Source of the DNA: Candidatus Heimdallarchaeota archaeon
GTDB taxonomy: Archaea > Asgardarchaeota > Heimdallarchaeia > Hodarchaeales > Hodarchaeaceae
NCBI GenBank assembly: GCA_011364965.1
Contig: RDOB01000003.1
Coordinates: forward strand, 32,001 to 96,000
Direction of reading: 5' to 3'
DNA length: 64,000 nucleotides
Below the pieces are notes generated by a model that worked only from the letters and a program-made list of their open reading frames with translations, was not told the DNA's origin and searched no databases. The position numbers were made by a program, and so were the translations under genes. Shown piece after piece: positions 40,657-50,733 of this stretch (position 1 is its first letter; each line of letters opens with the position of its first letter).

Positions 40657-41268
40657 TTACATCTCGTCAAGCTTAGGGATAGCAACTAAAAAAAGCAAAA
40701 ATTGTTCCTCCTTCTCAAAGTTTGTACTTTGATAACCCTCTTGATTCTCTCCCCTCTCTTTTGCTCTACTCCATAGCTCTTTCCTCAGTTCCATCAATTT
40801 ATTTAACGTAAATATATAATCTTCTTTATTCATACCATATAATTTAATAAGAAAGGGAGTTTGAGAATTTTGCTGAAAATTAGAGAATTTTTCCTTATCT
40901 AAGGTTTCAAGAGATACGAGATCTTCTTGAATAAATGCATTGAAAAATCGGATAAAAGATGAAAATGTTAAAGGTTCTTTACTAACTGATTGGTTATAAT
41001 TCTTATTAATAATTCTGGAAGTTTCGGGATCTTCAATAGCTATCTCTGAACGTCTCCATACTTTTTTATTTAAATTTCTAACACGTACTTCATCTGAAAC
41101 TATAAATCCATCTTCCTCCAGAGCATTTAAATAATAATAGACAGTTGTTAAAGGAACTTTTATATTAGAAGCGATTTCTTTTGCGGAAATTTCGCCACCA
41201 TGACGTGTGACCTGTGCTAACACATCTGCACTTAATTTATCTGACAATAATTCATGAATAGTCTTCAT
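40657..41268 (-). CDS. ArsR-type winged-helix regulator
   Basis: SAKEIASNIKVPLTTVYYYLNALEEDGFI. Confidence 0.82.
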   Translation of the reverse strand: MKTIHELLSDKLSADVLAQVTRHGGEISAKEIASNIKVPLTTVYYYLNALEEDGFIVSDEVRVRNLNKKVWRRSEIAIEDPETSRIINKNYNQSVSKEPLTFSSFIRFFNAFIQEDLVSLETLDKEKFSNFQQNSQTPFLIKLYGMNKEDYIFTLNKLMELRKELWSRAKERGENQEGYQSTNFEKEEQFLLFLVAIPKLDEM

Positions 41269-41437
41269 GTGTTTTTTCGACCTTCAAAATTATAAATACA
41301 TTTAAATTATAAATAATGTTTCGATTCAAATATTGAGACATTTCAAAAAAGTAATCTTAGTGTAATTCCTGGAAAAGAAATTTTCTCTCTCCCATTAAGA
41401 GGAAAAGGGTCTTTGAAACGCTATAGAAGAGACAATA

Positions 41438-42229
41438 ATGTCAAGAAAAGGAGTTAAGAAAAGAATGAAACATTTAGTACTCGGACATCATGGAGAAGTA
41501 GGTTCTGCCATCTACAAATTACTTAAAAATCATGCAGATTACATAGTTCATGGGATAGATATTGTAGAGACGACTTTTAAAAATAAAAACATAAAATTTG
41601 ATACTATTCATGTATGCATTCCATTTTTACCCGAAGATGAATTCTATAGAACAGTAAAGGATGTACTTACATATGGAAAGAAAGAAGTTATCCTGATAAT
41701 TCACTCAACCGTAAAACCAGGAACGACAAACAGCTTAAATGAATTCTGTAAAAATGTCGTTTATTCCCCAGTTCGGGGACGCCATGCAGAAGGATTAATT
41801 CATGGATTAAAAACTTATCAGAAGTTTTATATGTCTGAAAATAACGAAATTTTATCTATTGTTGAACAAATTTTTGACCGAATGAACATTCCTTCGAAAG
41901 CCATTTCTGGAAATCCGACATCATTGGAATATGCTAAGCTTTTTAATACGACATGGCATTATATGAACGTGGTATTCGCTGAAGAAGTTTATACGATGGC
42001 TGAAGAAAAAGAATTGGATTTGGAAGTCATTTCGTCATTTATAGATTCTACAATGGATCGAAAAATATATCCATATGCACAAGCGGTTGGAAATAAAAAG
42101 AATGATCATTGTTTGGATCCGAATGCACATTTATTGTCACAAGAAGGATCATCATTTGCAGCTTTTCTGATTTCTCGCAATTATGAATTTTATAAAAAAT
42201 ATGGAAACGAACAAAAACGAATCAAATGA
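41438..42229 (+). CDS. UDP-glucose/GDP-mannose dehydrogenase-like protein lacking the C-terminal domain
   Basis: Rossmann start, IHVCIP, HSTVKPGTT, YSP, EYAKLFNTT..NV.FAEE, HCL. The likely start is ATG at 41465. Confidence 0.75.
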   Translation: MSRKGVKKRMKHLVLGHHGEVGSAIYKLLKNHADYIVHGIDIVETTFKNKNIKFDTIHVCIPFLPEDEFYRTVKDVLTYGKKEVILIIHSTVKPGTTNSLNEFCKNVVYSPVRGRHAEGLIHGLKTYQKFYMSENNEILSIVEQIFDRMNIPSKAISGNPTSLEYAKLFNTTWHYMNVVFAEEVYTMAEEKELDLEVISSFIDSTMDRKIYPYAQAVGNKKNDHCLDPNAHLLSQEGSSFAAFLISRNYEFYKKYGNEQKRIK

Positions 42230-42260
42230 AAATAACCACGTTTGGAGAAATTCAGGCAGT

Positions 42261-43091
42261 TTAAAACACTGTTAATTCCCCTCGCTTTTTTAGAGAAGAC
42301 TCAATTCTCTGTAAAAAAATAAAGCCAATTAATAATGATAGGAAAGCTATTACACCTAATAATAGGATTTCTTCTGTAAAATCCAGAAATGAAATATTAG
42401 GAGTAAAACTTCCCCGAATAATACGTAATGCGTAATTTAATGGAAGGAAAGAGCCAATGAATTGTCCCCAAGGAGGTAACATTTCAACTGGGGCGATAGT
42501 GCCAGAAAAAATGAAGAAAATTGAAGTTAAAATATTTGCTGTATTAGTTCTGTCTCGCAAACTTAAAGTAATTCCATTTATTACTAATCCAACACCAAAT
42601 AGCGAAATGATTAACAATGAAAATCCTATGATTGCTAAAGAAAGATTAAAGGAAGCTAGTTTACCTCCAAAAATAAGAGTTCCAAATGAAAAGATAATTA
42701 GAAAATCAATAGTTGCATTCAACATAGAAAAAAGAAGATGACCGAACATAAACGATCTTCTTGGAACTGGACTTAAAAAAAGAGGTTCAATAGTACCACC
42801 CATTCTTTCCCAAAAAAAAGTCCTTCCTAGTTGAAAAATGCAAGCATACATATAAACAAACACAGCTTGACTGATAATGATGAATGTTAGGTAATCCACA
42901 GAGGAATATACTGAAAAAGTGCTTTTCAATCTCTCAGATCCAAAAATAACCCGATATAAAATCCAAGCTGTTGCCATAGTTATGAAGGGAAGAAAAAAAC
43001 GTAAAGCAAAACTAGTTAGAGAAAATACACGATAAAAGGAAATTAGATTATATTTTGCTGTACTAAAAATGATTCTTAAATGATATTTCAT
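42261..43091 (-). CDS. ABC-2 type exporter permease
   Basis: ERMGGTIEPLFLSP, FSGTIAPVEMLPPW, LPLNYA. Start moved to ATG 43091. Confidence 0.9.
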   Translation of the reverse strand: MKYHLRIIFSTAKYNLISFYRVFSLTSFALRFFLPFITMATAWILYRVIFGSERLKSTFSVYSSVDYLTFIIISQAVFVYMYACIFQLGRTFFWERMGGTIEPLFLSPVPRRSFMFGHLLFSMLNATIDFLIIFSFGTLIFGGKLASFNLSLAIIGFSLLIISLFGVGLVINGITLSLRDRTNTANILTSIFFIFSGTIAPVEMLPPWGQFIGSFLPLNYALRIIRGSFTPNISFLDFTEEILLLGVIAFLSLLIGFIFLQRIESSLKKRGELTVF

Positions 43092-43104
43092 TAGACTTAA
43101 TCTC

Positions 43105-43926
43105 CTAAAATAAAGTGAGGTTTGCTTTGTGCTTAACATGCCTCTCAACAAGAACGATAAATTTTGATGAAAGAAAGAAAAGGCAAATAGAAGAGAGTAA
43201 TAGGATACTTAGTTCTAGGTAAATATCCATCAAAGTTAATGCTCCTAATAATGTTCCTCGTAAAATCAGAAAAATATAGGTTAATGGAATGGCAATTGAA
43301 ATCGCTTTGAAAATTCTTGGGAGGTACTGAACAGGAAAGACTAAACCTGATAGAAATTGTAGGGGCTCTTGAATTGCAGTAGCCCACATATTTCCTAAAC
43401 GACTGGCAATGAAAAACGCTTCAAAAAACATGCCCATTGTAAGAAGAACGAGGAATGAAACAAGAAGAGAGAAAAAAACAGCGAGTAAAGACCCTATTTT
43501 AAACTGTACCTGAAGGATTATTATACTAATCACTAATCCAAGACTAAACCAAAGGAAATTAACTGTAGCTGCCAAAGCAGTACCTGTAATAACTCCAACA
43601 CGAGAGCCAGGGGAGAGAAATAAAGGTTCTAAAGTTCCTTCCCAACGTTCTCGCATGAAAAATACCCCACCAAAGAGAGAAGCATTAATAAAAAGTACCC
43701 AACAAAATTGGCCAGTCAATGTAAATCCTAAGAGGTCAACTTCCAAATTTGAAGCGTTTAAGAGTTGTAGATTAATAGTATCAAATTCAAATGGCAGATA
43801 AAGAAAATAAAATTGTAATCCCCAAGTAAATGGGAGGATTAAATTCCAGAATAAGACAAATGGACGAAAAAATTCAGTTCTCGTCCATCGGATCACTTGT
43901 GCTTTCACAACTCTAAAGTATCCCAT
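43105..43926 (-). CDS. ABC-2 type exporter permease
   Basis: ERWEGTLEPLFLSP, LSGLVFPVQYLP, IPLTY. Confidence 0.9.
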   Translation of the reverse strand: MGYFRVVKAQVIRWTRTEFFRPFVLFWNLILPFTWGLQFYFLYLPFEFDTINLQLLNASNLEVDLLGFTLTGQFCWVLFINASLFGGVFFMRERWEGTLEPLFLSPGSRVGVITGTALAATVNFLWFSLGLVISIIILQVQFKIGSLLAVFFSLLVSFLVLLTMGMFFEAFFIASRLGNMWATAIQEPLQFLSGLVFPVQYLPRIFKAISIAIPLTYIFLILRGTLLGALTLMDIYLELSILLLSSICLFFLSSKFIVLVERHVKHKANLTLF

Positions 43927-43935
43927 TTTTTTCCC

Positions 43936-44937
43936 CTACTCTCCTATTATCTGAACAAAAACATCCTCTAGCGACGGAACAGAACGTTTAGCTTCATAGA
44001 TTATTAATCCCGAATTTTGGATATCTTGAATTGCCTTAGAAATATCATCTTCCCTTCCAGCTTCAATTGTAATTTCCCATGTAGGTTTATCAACTTCGAA
44101 TTTCTGAGCGCCAGGTTTGATAGATATATCTTTAAAATTCTCTAAAGATCTAAATGTATCTTTTTCAGGTTTGTTCGACCCTCCAACGGAAATAGATATT
44201 ATAGGTCGGGGGTGGTACCTCTTTTTTAGCAATTTGGGGGTTTCAATAGTCAAAATTTCCCCGTGATGTATTATTGCAACACGATCACATAATTCATCAG
44301 CTTCATGAAGATAATGGGTTGTTAGAAGAACACTCATCCCATTGTGATTAACTCGATCTCGAATTAGTTTCCGAAGCTCACGAGCTACCTGTACATCTAA
44401 TCCCAAAGTGGGCTCATCTAAAAAAAGTACCAGAGGATCATTCAGGAAAGCTTTTGCTATCTGCAAGCGTTGACGCATCCCTTTGGAATACCCCTCTACA
44501 GGAGAATTTGCTCGCTCTAAAAGGCCAACCTGTCCAAGAAGCTCGTCAATCTTTTCTTTTAACCCCTTTTGAGGAAGATTATAGAGATCAGCAAAATATT
44601 GCATATTCTCTTTAGCAGTAAGCCGAAAATAGAGCATTCGTTCAGCCCCAGCAACCATATTTATTAAGGGACGAATTCTTTGAGGTTCAGTGACGATATT
44701 ATAGTCTAAAACCGAGGCAGTTCCTTTTGAGGGATAAAGTAAAGTACATAAAATCTTTGTTAGTGTGGTTTTTCCTGCTCCATTTGGACCTAATAAACCA
44801 AGCATTTCTCCTTTATATATATCGAAACTTACGTTTTTTAACGCCTTTATATTGGTATTTTGATTCTTAAAAAGCCATTTTCGATTTTTTACAGTAAAAT
44901 CTCTGTGTAAAGCAAAGACTGATACGACTTTTTCCAT
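43936..44937 (-). CDS. ABC-2 exporter ATP-binding protein (DrrA-like)
   Basis: GPNGAGKTT, YSKGMRQR, LDEPTLGLD, TTHYLHEADELCDR, SLEDVF. Confidence 0.93.
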   Translation of the reverse strand: MEKVVSVFALHRDFTVKNRKWLFKNQNTNIKALKNVSFDIYKGEMLGLLGPNGAGKTTLTKILCTLLYPSKGTASVLDYNIVTEPQRIRPLINMVAGAERMLYFRLTAKENMQYFADLYNLPQKGLKEKIDELLGQVGLLERANSPVEGYSKGMRQRLQIAKAFLNDPLVLFLDEPTLGLDVQVARELRKLIRDRVNHNGMSVLLTTHYLHEADELCDRVAIIHHGEILTIETPKLLKKRYHPRPIISISVGGSNKPEKDTFRSLENFKDISIKPGAQKFEVDKPTWEITIEAGREDDISKAIQDIQNSGLIIYEAKRSVPSLEDVFVQIIGE

Positions 44938-45044
44938 GTTAATCGCTCTTCTGAAACTGTAACATAACGAATTATGTAACGATGCAATATTTATAAAATT
45001 ATATATTGAGGTATTTGTATGAATTAAAGGATAAAATATAACTT

Positions 45045-45689
45045 TTAATCAGAAAAGTCAAATGTGTTCTCTACAACATTAGGGAGAAAGTGATAAACGG
45101 ACTTTCCTAATTTTTTATTGAAATACTTTCTTATCTGTAGATATTTAGACCATCGTTGAAGAACAAATAACTTGATATCACTTTGGTCAGCCAAACAATA
45201 ACGAAGAGCTACATCAAATAATCGTTTCTCCATTAAAACATACTTATCATGCTGAACAAGACAATCACACATTTGAATTAATCTATCATAGTCGTTATAT
45301 TCGATTTCAGCGAGGAATGATTTAATAAAATTTAATTCCGAATTATCACAATCCCATTTCCCTACATTGGCATAGACATTTTGAGTTGGAAAACAATGAG
45401 TTATACAAACCCGAGCTAACTCCTCATAACCTAACCTCAGAAGAAAATGATAACCATCTATTGTATGTCGTTCCTGACTAGATCCAAACTTTTTTCCTAT
45501 ATCATGCACCAATCCCATAATATATGCTTGATAGGGATATAAATCTACTGTATTTTCTGCAATTACCTTGGCTGCATTCCCAACAAGATAACTATGTTTA
45601 ACCCAAATCCCTGGATTTTCTTTAAACCCCTGACTCAACCAGTTTTCAACTGTTTCAATAGGAGGAAGCTTCATTTTTACCATCCTCAA
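45045..45689 (-). CDS. HD-domain phosphohydrolase
   Basis: WVKHS, LVHDIGK, H..DGY, CITH, LIQMCD. Confidence 0.85.
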   Translation of the reverse strand: MRMVKMKLPPIETVENWLSQGFKENPGIWVKHSYLVGNAAKVIAENTVDLYPYQAYIMGLVHDIGKKFGSSQERHTIDGYHFLLRLGYEELARVCITHCFPTQNVYANVGKWDCDNSELNFIKSFLAEIEYNDYDRLIQMCDCLVQHDKYVLMEKRLFDVALRYCLADQSDIKLFVLQRWSKYLQIRKYFNKKLGKSVYHFLPNVVENTFDFSD

Positions 45690-45870
45690 AGGATTAACTT
45701 AATATATAAAATGTTTTTCAATTATTGTAACGTAACAAAACTTAAAACTTAATCTATATTTTTCAAAATTAGGTTCAAAAAGTCATAAGTGTTACAGTAG
45801 CAGATTAAAACGACTTTGATATAATATATATGCAAGAAACAACTTAATTTAGAGATAGGGTTGCGATCGT

Positions 45871-46713
45871 TTGAGTAAAATACCATTACTTTCGATATCA
45901 ACAGGTCCCTTACCTCGAATGCTTAAAAGGAAGTATTATGACCTCGAAATTACATTAAAAATAATGAATGAGCTTATGCGAGAGGATATTGTAGATGGAT
46001 TTGAATTTCAGTTATTAGCTGAATGGAATGCCACTCAACCACCCTTAGATGACCCAAATGGAACACGTCTAGGCGCGTGGAAATCGAGCTCGAAGTATTC
46101 TGTTAACCAAATCGCACTTCGGTTAGAAGAAATAGCACTGCCTATTTTTTCTATACATGCAAATCGAGATATTGGGAAATTGTTATGCTCAGCAGAAGAA
46201 TCTGAAATTGAGAAAGGTAAATCATTTTGTCAACAATCAATGGAATTAGCAGAACAAATCGAAGCCAAATTATGCGTTTTTCACATTTGGGATCCGTTAA
46301 GCCAAAATTTTGATATAAAATTCCTCCAAGAAACTCTCCGCGATATCTCCAGACAATTTCCGGCATTGAGAGCTTCTGTTGAGAATATTCCAACAAGTAT
46401 TCCAGGATGCACTCCTATTCACTTGTTACACGGATTTAAGTGGATTACATTAGATCTAAGATGGGCTGCAATGTACAATGAATTGTACCTCTTTAGAAAT
46501 CTGTTACAGAAAATTATTAACGTACATTTACGAGGAGAAATATTGAATAAATTTTGGGTTCTTCCAGATGCTCCTTTTACCTTTGAAGAAGCTATAAATC
46601 TAATGTTAAATGACTGGCGTTATCTTGACATATATACTTTAGAACCTGATGGAGATTTAAAATTAAGTAATTGGCAGAATCTCAAAACTGCAATACAAGC
46701 TTTAAAAAAATAA
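45871..46713 (+). CDS. Sugar phosphate isomerase/epimerase (xylose isomerase-like TIM barrel)
   Basis: SIHA, VFH, SVENIP, ITLD, NVHL, TLE motifs. Confidence 0.75.
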   Translation: MSKIPLLSISTGPLPRMLKRKYYDLEITLKIMNELMREDIVDGFEFQLLAEWNATQPPLDDPNGTRLGAWKSSSKYSVNQIALRLEEIALPIFSIHANRDIGKLLCSAEESEIEKGKSFCQQSMELAEQIEAKLCVFHIWDPLSQNFDIKFLQETLRDISRQFPALRASVENIPTSIPGCTPIHLLHGFKWITLDLRWAAMYNELYLFRNLLQKIINVHLRGEILNKFWVLPDAPFTFEEAINLMLNDWRYLDIYTLEPDGDLKLSNWQNLKTAIQALKK

Positions 46714-46731
46714 GAAAATGAGGACTCAAAA

Positions 46732-47097
46732 ATGGTAATTTTTTCATTTTGTGGTTTAAATTGTACTACATGTTCCGCGTATATTGCCAAAAGAACAAAC
46801 GATCAAGAGCTTCGGATTAAAACTGCAGAAAAATGGTCGTTCTTATTGAAACTAAAACCGGAAGAAATTAATTGTGATGGTTGTCCTGAACTAGATGGAG
46901 TTTTGATTCCCTTTTGTAAAAAGGACTGTAAAGTGAGAGAATGTGTTATATCAAGAAATATTGATAGTTGCGCTTATTGTGTAGATTACCCATGTCATTT
47001 ACTTGAAGATCTCTGGGAATGGTTACGAATCGAGAGTTTTGCCAGGAAAAATTTAAATTGGATCCGAGAAAATTCAAAATCATTAAAAAAACTATAA
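46732..47097 (+). CDS. DUF3795-like cysteine-rich protein
   Basis: CGLNCTTC, CDGC, C...CKVREC, CAYCVDYPC. Confidence 0.85.
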   Translation: MVIFSFCGLNCTTCSAYIAKRTNDQELRIKTAEKWSFLLKLKPEEINCDGCPELDGVLIPFCKKDCKVRECVISRNIDSCAYCVDYPCHLLEDLWEWLRIESFARKNLNWIRENSKSLKKL

Positions 47098-47310
47098 GTA
47101 AGCAATCTTTTTTTGTTTTTAATGTTCCCTTTAATCATCTGGTAAGATTCGATTAATTTCAATGAAATTATAAAGGAAAAAAATGAACTCTATTTAAAGT
47201 AGATGTGAACGTTCATATTTTTTCCCAAACTCGATAAAGCTTCTATGTTAATAGAATGATAAAATATTGACGTTTGTATTATTTCTAGAACTATTAATTG
47301 AGGAAACCGA

Positions 47311-49047
47311 ATGACGGCCAAGGAAGCTCGCTGGTATCAGATGAATAACGATGAAAGAATTGTAGAGATCCGATTAAGACGTGCAAATAATGAATCCTTT
47401 GCAAAAATAGCTGAGGAACTTCTAGGAGACGAAAAAAATAAATCTACAATTTGGAGCTGGGCTAAACGTAATATGCAAGATGAAGACTTATATCCACGGA
47501 TGCAAAGCCTTCCAAGTCAACCTTATAGTGAATTCAGCTCTGTAGAACAGTGGTATATGTATGATATCATGTCATCCCTCTTTCCTCGTCTTGATGCCAT
47601 AACTCAACACATTCTGTTCGAAATCCAGAAAATATTAACCGAACAGCAAAAAAAATTCAGTCTTACTGCTAGCTTTTTAGATGACTTGGAAGAAAGGGTT
47701 ATTAAAACGATTGAACAATATTCTGCAACTCTTGGTCCACGTATGTCTGTCCCAGTTCCTCCAGGGAAGGTTTCTGCATCCCCTCCCCCTCCAGTTCCAA
47801 GAGCTACTGGCGCACCTCCTCCACCTCCTGTTTCAGGTTCAGGAATACACTCACGTGTTGGAATTCCATCTGGATCTATGGCTGAACTTAGAACAGATTT
47901 CGAAGAAATGTCTATGGAGGAGATCACCGCTCTTCCCCCTGATTTTTTAGAAGCATTGACACCAACAGACAGGAATAGAGTACAGGAACGAGTTAAAGAA
48001 CTTCGGATGCTTGAAAAGATGTCCGAAGAAGAACGTGAGGAGTATCTACGACTGAAACAAGAAGAAAAAGAAAGAGTAGAAGCCTCTGAAGGACTAGGAG
48101 GCTCTTTAACAGCGATGTTAGATGACCAAGACTCGCTTTTTGCTCGAATGCGACGAGCAGCAGATGATTCACAAGTTTCTGGGACTGGAACATTTGGAAA
48201 ATTTTTAACAGAGTATATATATTTCTATTGTTTCTCCTGTGGCAAAATGAACCGATCTGAGGGGGATGAATTAGAGATGTGTGAATATTGCCGAGCAGGG
48301 CCGGAATTAATGGTTCTGGATGAAGAGAAAACGAATTATCGCTACTGGGAGTGCATCTCTGAGAAGAATCGCGAACCTGTGAATCCACAATATACTCGCG
48401 GACATCAAATAGTGGTTCGTTCGAGATGGAAAACTCCATTTGACCAAGAATTGGACGTTGGGGATTGTCCATCAGAAAAAGTACGGGAGATAACAAGTGC
48501 AGTAGCAATTAAATCTGACCCTGATAAACAATTCTCTCATTATATCATCCTTTTTCGGTTATATTCTCAATTAAACTTGCAAGGTGATCTTAAAACATAT
48601 ATTTCAGAATTAGGTGAAGCAATTCAGACACTACCTGATATAATTACAAAAGAACAAGCAAATATTCAAGCTCTATCCATCCTTGATAAAATTATATTCT
48701 TATTAGATTGGATTGAATCACGGAAATTTATAGAATCGCATCCAAACTCTAAGGAAATTATTAAACAAGTTAATAATTTGAGGCTAGATATTAAAGCTTT
48801 AAGTAATCCAGAATCTCCGCAAGAACTCAGAAAAGCTAGTGAAGTAGGACAGATTTCAAGTAAGGTTGATCAAATTCTAAACCGGCTTTCGAATATCTTC
48901 TTGCAACTTGAATCTGAGCTACTAGTTCCATCAAAGTGGAAATGCAGTTCCTGTGAGAATGAGTTTGAGGTTAAAGATCGACTTTCCATACCAGAGAAAT
49001 GCGTTTCGTGTGGAAAAATAATAACAAAACTTTTGCCAGTTGATTAA
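47311..49047 (+). CDS. Multidomain hypothetical: N-terminal HTH, polyproline tract, charged helices, two zinc ribbons
   Basis: SFAKIAEELL..KSTIWSW (HTH); PPPPVP..PPPPPV; CFSC..CEYC; CSSC..CVSC. Confidence 0.75.
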   Translation: MTAKEARWYQMNNDERIVEIRLRRANNESFAKIAEELLGDEKNKSTIWSWAKRNMQDEDLYPRMQSLPSQPYSEFSSVEQWYMYDIMSSLFPRLDAITQHILFEIQKILTEQQKKFSLTASFLDDLEERVIKTIEQYSATLGPRMSVPVPPGKVSASPPPPVPRATGAPPPPPVSGSGIHSRVGIPSGSMAELRTDFEEMSMEEITALPPDFLEALTPTDRNRVQERVKELRMLEKMSEEEREEYLRLKQEEKERVEASEGLGGSLTAMLDDQDSLFARMRRAADDSQVSGTGTFGKFLTEYIYFYCFSCGKMNRSEGDELEMCEYCRAGPELMVLDEEKTNYRYWECISEKNREPVNPQYTRGHQIVVRSRWKTPFDQELDVGDCPSEKVREITSAVAIKSDPDKQFSHYIILFRLYSQLNLQGDLKTYISELGEAIQTLPDIITKEQANIQALSILDKIIFLLDWIESRKFIESHPNSKEIIKQVNNLRLDIKALSNPESPQELRKASEVGQISSKVDQILNRLSNIFLQLESELLVPSKWKCSSCENEFEVKDRLSIPEKCVSCGKIITKLLPVD

Positions 49048-49106
49048 AAGACTTTTTCTTAATTACTTCCCTCAGGTTTATTAATTAAAACCATTAATCA
49101 TATAAA

Positions 49107-50717
49107 ATGATCATTATGTCAATTCTAAATACAAGAATTTCCAAAGTAACTGTATACCCCGAAAAAGCCTTAATTATCCGGGAAGGTACAGTAAAAATCT
49201 CCTCTGGTAAATCAATTCTTGAAATTCCCTCCCTCCCTCTCAAACTAGATCCATCATCTATTCGGGTTAAAGGATCGAGTGTAACAGGGAGTATAATAGA
49301 AGGAATTGATATTCAAAAAATCTATCATAAAGAGGCAACTGAGCCCGACCAAAAGCTCCTAGATAAATTAGAAGAGTTGCACGATAAATTAGAAGAATTA
49401 GAACAGGAAATAAATTTCTTAGAGAACCGTTTAGGGAATAGCAAGGAACTTGAAATGAACTTTGCACAAGATTTTTCACGCTATTACTCCCGAGGAGAAA
49501 TTTCACTTGAGAAATTTAATGAGTTACGAGAGCAGATTGCTAAAGAATATTTAGCTATCATCAAAAAGAAAAAAGAGTTAGAGCGTAAAAAAAAGGAAAT
49601 TGAGAAAGAAACTGAGATTCTTAACAAAAAATTAGTTGATCGAAAGTTACCCACGCAACCTACAGATTATACAGTTTATATTCAGATTAATAATCCTGAT
49701 GGAAAAAAAGATGATGAATTTGCGTTAGAATTATCTTACATTGCAACTGATGCTCAGTGGTGGCCATCTTACGACTTCAGAAGTGATCTTCTGAAAGGAG
49801 AGATTATTGTTGAATATTTTGGGATGGTTAAGCAAACAACGGGCGAAGAATGGGAAAATATTGAATTAACTCTCTCCACAGCCAGTCCGACCAGAATAAC
49901 AACTATCCCGGAATTGTCTCCCTGGTATGTTGATGCATATCGACCACCGCCACATCCGCCTCGCATGGCCAAACTAGCGGTAAAAAAGGAAATGGATTAT
50001 CTTGCTGCACGACTCCCAGCCCCTGCAGGCGCGATAATGGAAGAGCCACTTGAGGAAGAAAGAGAAGAGGCGAAAATTATCGAAGCGGTTCTGGAAGACG
50101 TTGGAGAAGCCCAAACATATAAAATCCCTAAAAATGAATCAATCACTTCTGAAAATCGTCCTCATCAAGTTTTGATAGCTCAAATTACGAACCCTCTCAA
50201 GGATGACTTCATATCATTCCCTACTATTGCATCTGAAGTGATCCATCGAGGAACAATGGTAAATGAATCTGAGTATATTTTCTTACCAGGACAAGTTCGA
50301 TTATTTGATTCAAATGAATTTATCGGAACGACACACATTGAACAAATCGCTCCCGCAGAAAAATTTCGATTTGCACTTGGAACAACTGGAAAAATCAAAG
50401 TGAAACGAAAACTATCAAGCCAAGAAGTTTCAAAGAAAGGAATGATAGCAAAAACAAAACAAATACATAAGGAAGTAACAATTGAAATAACAAATAATCG
50501 GACAACAGATTCAACTCTTTTAGTCAAAGACACTCTTCCTCTTTCTCGACACGAAGATATTAAAGTTAAAATCCTTAACCTAACTCCTGTACCCAAAGAA
50601 CAGACAGATATGAATATTTGCACATGGAAACTAGTTCTGAAGCCAAATGAAAAACTTACGATTGTTCAATCTTATGACATAGAACATCCTGTTGATTTAT
50701 CTTTACAAGGAGCATAA
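49107..50717 (+). CDS. DUF4139/DUF4140 (mucoidy inhibitor MuiA-like) protein
   Basis: ISKVTVYPEKALIIR, coiled coil, A.WWPSYD, QTTGEEWENIELTLSTA. Confidence 0.88.
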   Translation: MIIMSILNTRISKVTVYPEKALIIREGTVKISSGKSILEIPSLPLKLDPSSIRVKGSSVTGSIIEGIDIQKIYHKEATEPDQKLLDKLEELHDKLEELEQEINFLENRLGNSKELEMNFAQDFSRYYSRGEISLEKFNELREQIAKEYLAIIKKKKELERKKKEIEKETEILNKKLVDRKLPTQPTDYTVYIQINNPDGKKDDEFALELSYIATDAQWWPSYDFRSDLLKGEIIVEYFGMVKQTTGEEWENIELTLSTASPTRITTIPELSPWYVDAYRPPPHPPRMAKLAVKKEMDYLAARLPAPAGAIMEEPLEEEREEAKIIEAVLEDVGEAQTYKIPKNESITSENRPHQVLIAQITNPLKDDFISFPTIASEVIHRGTMVNESEYIFLPGQVRLFDSNEFIGTTHIEQIAPAEKFRFALGTTGKIKVKRKLSSQEVSKKGMIAKTKQIHKEVTIEITNNRTTDSTLLVKDTLPLSRHEDIKVKILNLTPVPKEQTDMNICTWKLVLKPNEKLTIVQSYDIEHPVDLSLQGA

Positions 50718-50733
50718 AAAAATTATATCAAAT

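Noticed and set aside
44955-44985. ACATAA-cgaa-TTATGT inverted repeat and TGTAAC repeats upstream of the ABC-2 operon
   Set aside because: Too short and AT-rich to separate from chance without comparative data.
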